From NCBI RefSeq assembly GCF_009914755.1, contig NC_060929.1: a DNA stretch of 64,000 nt; one strand, given 5' to 3'. Each line of letters opens with the position of its first letter. The first letter of the stretch is position 1. Of this stretch, positions 61,186 through 64,000 are shown piece by piece. This DNA is from the human T2T-CHM13v2.0 reference genome, Homo sapiens. The translations under genes were made by a program, and so were the position numbers. Under the pieces are notes generated by a model. That model was given only the letters and a program-made list of their open reading frames with translations. It made no database searches and had not been told where the DNA came from.

Positions 61186-62104
61186 AATCAGGTGTATGAA
61201 ATTGGGCAAATAACTCACGTCTTTAGACCTCTGTTTCTTCGTCTGAAAAAGGAAGTAAGTAGAATAGATAATATCTAACATCCTCTCCAGCTCTAAATTT
61301 CTACTATTCTAATACTTATTAAACTCATCTAAATATATGTCTTCATGTTCAGAACTTGGCAGGGGGAGGTAGAAACCTTTCTCTCAGCTTAAGTGGTTGA
61401 TGTTCTTATATAAGCAAACTGGGTGTAAAGTGCACAAAATGAAATACACAGTAAAATTTTCAAACTTGAATAGTTTAAATGACAAAAAAAAATCCCTAAT
61501 TTCATAGAGACTACTGGAAAAGTCAAAATTTAAGAGTTTTAAAAGCAATAATAATTATTCCTTTCAAAGGAATACCTGCGTTTAAACTAGTATAGGAAAA
61601 CAATTATATGGAAATAAATGCTTACATAAATAAGTGCTTGAAATGCTTTTCTTCCCTTAAGAAAGGTGAACATGGCTACTCCAACTGGTCAACCCCATTA
61701 AGAAGCTTGGCAAAATCTCTGAGGTGTGGAAAAACTCCAGACCTTTCAAGCAAGGCACTCACACATCCCAATCACTAAGAGCATCTTCAATACAGGGAAG
61801 AACTCTCTACTTGGCTGAAAGTCACTGCTTTCTGAGAGGTAAGATTAATGTCATTTAGTTAAGCAGGAGAGAATGGTTCTGTAAAATAACTCAAGCCCTC
61901 ACAGGGCAATTCAAATGATCAACAACCTCATAAATAAATGCAGTCATATCAATATTCAGCTGGCAAACCATCAAAATGTGAAGTCTGAACCAATCTTATA
62001 CTATTTAGCTTCAGCTATCAGCTTTTTTGCAAACAGAAACACATTAATTGGTAATTACTAATCTTTTAAGGTTGGAAGAGCCAACTCATTATAATTATTT
62101 TTAC

Positions 62105-62327
62105 TAAATTTTTATTATCCCTTCCACATACAGAACAAAGTATATAAATTGAAACTATCAGAGTTTGAATGGTTCTGGCAAAGAACGAGTTATTAACTCA
62201 TGTTTTTTTTATTACTTTTAATTAAATTTTTATTATCCCTTCCACATACAGAACAAAGTGTATAAATTGAAACTATCAGAGTTTGAATGGTTCTGGCAAA
62301 GAACGAGTTATTAACTCATGTTTTTTT
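62105..62327. repeat. Tandem duplication, 118-bp period, 2 copies
   Basis: ~105-bp block repeated with one substitution (62142 A vs 62260 G). Confidence 0.95.
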
Positions 62328-62647
62328 AAATTATTTTTAATATTCACACACTAAAAACATAACCTAATTATAGTGCACTTGGATCATTTGGGCCCCTTTC
62401 CTCTCTGTCATCACCTATATCCAGTCTGGTCACAAAATTATGCCAACTCTTCCTTCTCAAGTGTTTCTAGAATCCAATCCTCCACTCCCACGGCCACCCT
62501 TCTAGACCAGGCCCTCATCACACCAAGCATGGTTTAGTACAAGACTTCTACATACAGCATCTACTATGGCTTGCCAGGTCTTTCAAAATCTACTAATCAA
62601 TCTGACATAAAAACTATCTCTCCATCTTTGTATTGCTGCAAATCTGA

Positions 62648-63063
<416 letters not shown>

Positions 63064-63229
63064 TGACACTACTTTGGTACACACAGTTCTAACCCACCTA
63101 CCTGTCCTACTATCCAACCCACATTCTTCCATATTCTGTTCTTCCATTATAAATTATCCTATCAAATTACTTGCTGAGACCTCAGAAACCCACACCTTCA
63201 GAATACTCCCCAGTAATAACTTCTGAGCC

Positions 63230-63700
63230 TCATTTGCAGGCACCCTCTCATCTGCCAGCCCTCCAAAAGATGGAGTATTCTAGACAGGACTCAGCCTTCT
63301 TCTCCTTTCTATTTTCATCCCATCCCTAGATGAGCTCATCCAGTCCCATAAATATCTTTATACTGACAACTCCCAAATTTACATCTCCAAGCTTGCTCTC
63401 TTTCCTGAGCTCCAGACTCAAATATCCAACTGTACACTCAGAATTTTTCCTGGGCATGTCAAACATAACATATCCAAAGACTTCTACATCTGAGTACATG
63501 GGGAACCATCGACTCAATTAATTAAAAAGTTTGGATTCGCCCTTTGCCCTTCCATTAATTTATCTCTAAACATCCAATACGACAATATATCTCTCTATCT
63601 CTCTGAAATATATCCCAAATTCAACCTATTGCTGTCACCATAGTCCAATTCATTACATTTCTCTTTCAGGTTATTGCAATACACTCCCAACTGGTGATGA
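63230..63700. mobile_element. L2 fragment
   Basis: TGACAACTCCCAAATTTACATCTCC..CCTGAGCTCCAGACTCAAATATCCAACTG L2 motif. Confidence 0.75.
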
Positions 63701-63811
63701 GGTCCTGTCATTCATTCAGACATTCAGTCAGAACAACAGGAATTCTCAAAAAGCAAGTTCACTTAACATGATGTACATTTAATTAAACCAATTGCTGTTG
63801 GAAATGACCAC

Positions 63812-63930
63812 CTTCTTTCTTCTTTTTCTCATTCTCTCTCTCTACTTTCTCTCTATCATTCTTATTCTCTTCCTAATTCCTCTTTCTCTCTCCCTCTTCT
63901 TGTTTTCTTCTTTCTCTCTTCCTCTCCCTG
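63812..63930. repeat. CT-rich low-complexity tract
   Basis: Pyrimidine-dominated TCTC/TTCT runs. Confidence 0.8.
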
Positions 63931-64000
63931 TTGTTTTACTGACCAACTAGGTACATAGTATAGTAGAAAAATGCTAGGAGTTAAAAGTAAAAGGTTTATT

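Overview
This is primate (human-like) genomic DNA with no CpG island and no recognisable host protein-coding gene. Repeats dominate: about 21 Alus, many L1/L2/MIR fragments, Tigger/MER DNA-transposon relics and several MaLR/ERV LTRs. The main structures are (i) an internally deleted ERVL-class provirus (HERV-S/HERVL18, LTR18) on the minus strand, inserted into a Tigger3 (2455-5576); (ii) a near full-length old L1 (L1MA-type, 46011-54188) with intact target-site duplications (TSDs), nested in an older L1; (iii) a 3'-truncated, tail-less 7SK retropseudogene (42954-43196); and (iv) a ~1.65-kb CA/CACATCCT low-complexity tract. Almost all listed ORFs are repeat-derived or look like chance. I found no convincing novel multi-gene system. 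The most interesting signals are small: an unidentified ~45-bp retro-insert with full TPRT hallmarks, several template-switch or templated-insertion scars, a PBS-like remnant outside the 3' LTR, a helically phased AATT/homeobox array and a near-perfect 118-bp tandem duplication. Subfamily names come from my recall of consensus sequences, not from a database run, and boundaries of old repeats are approximate.
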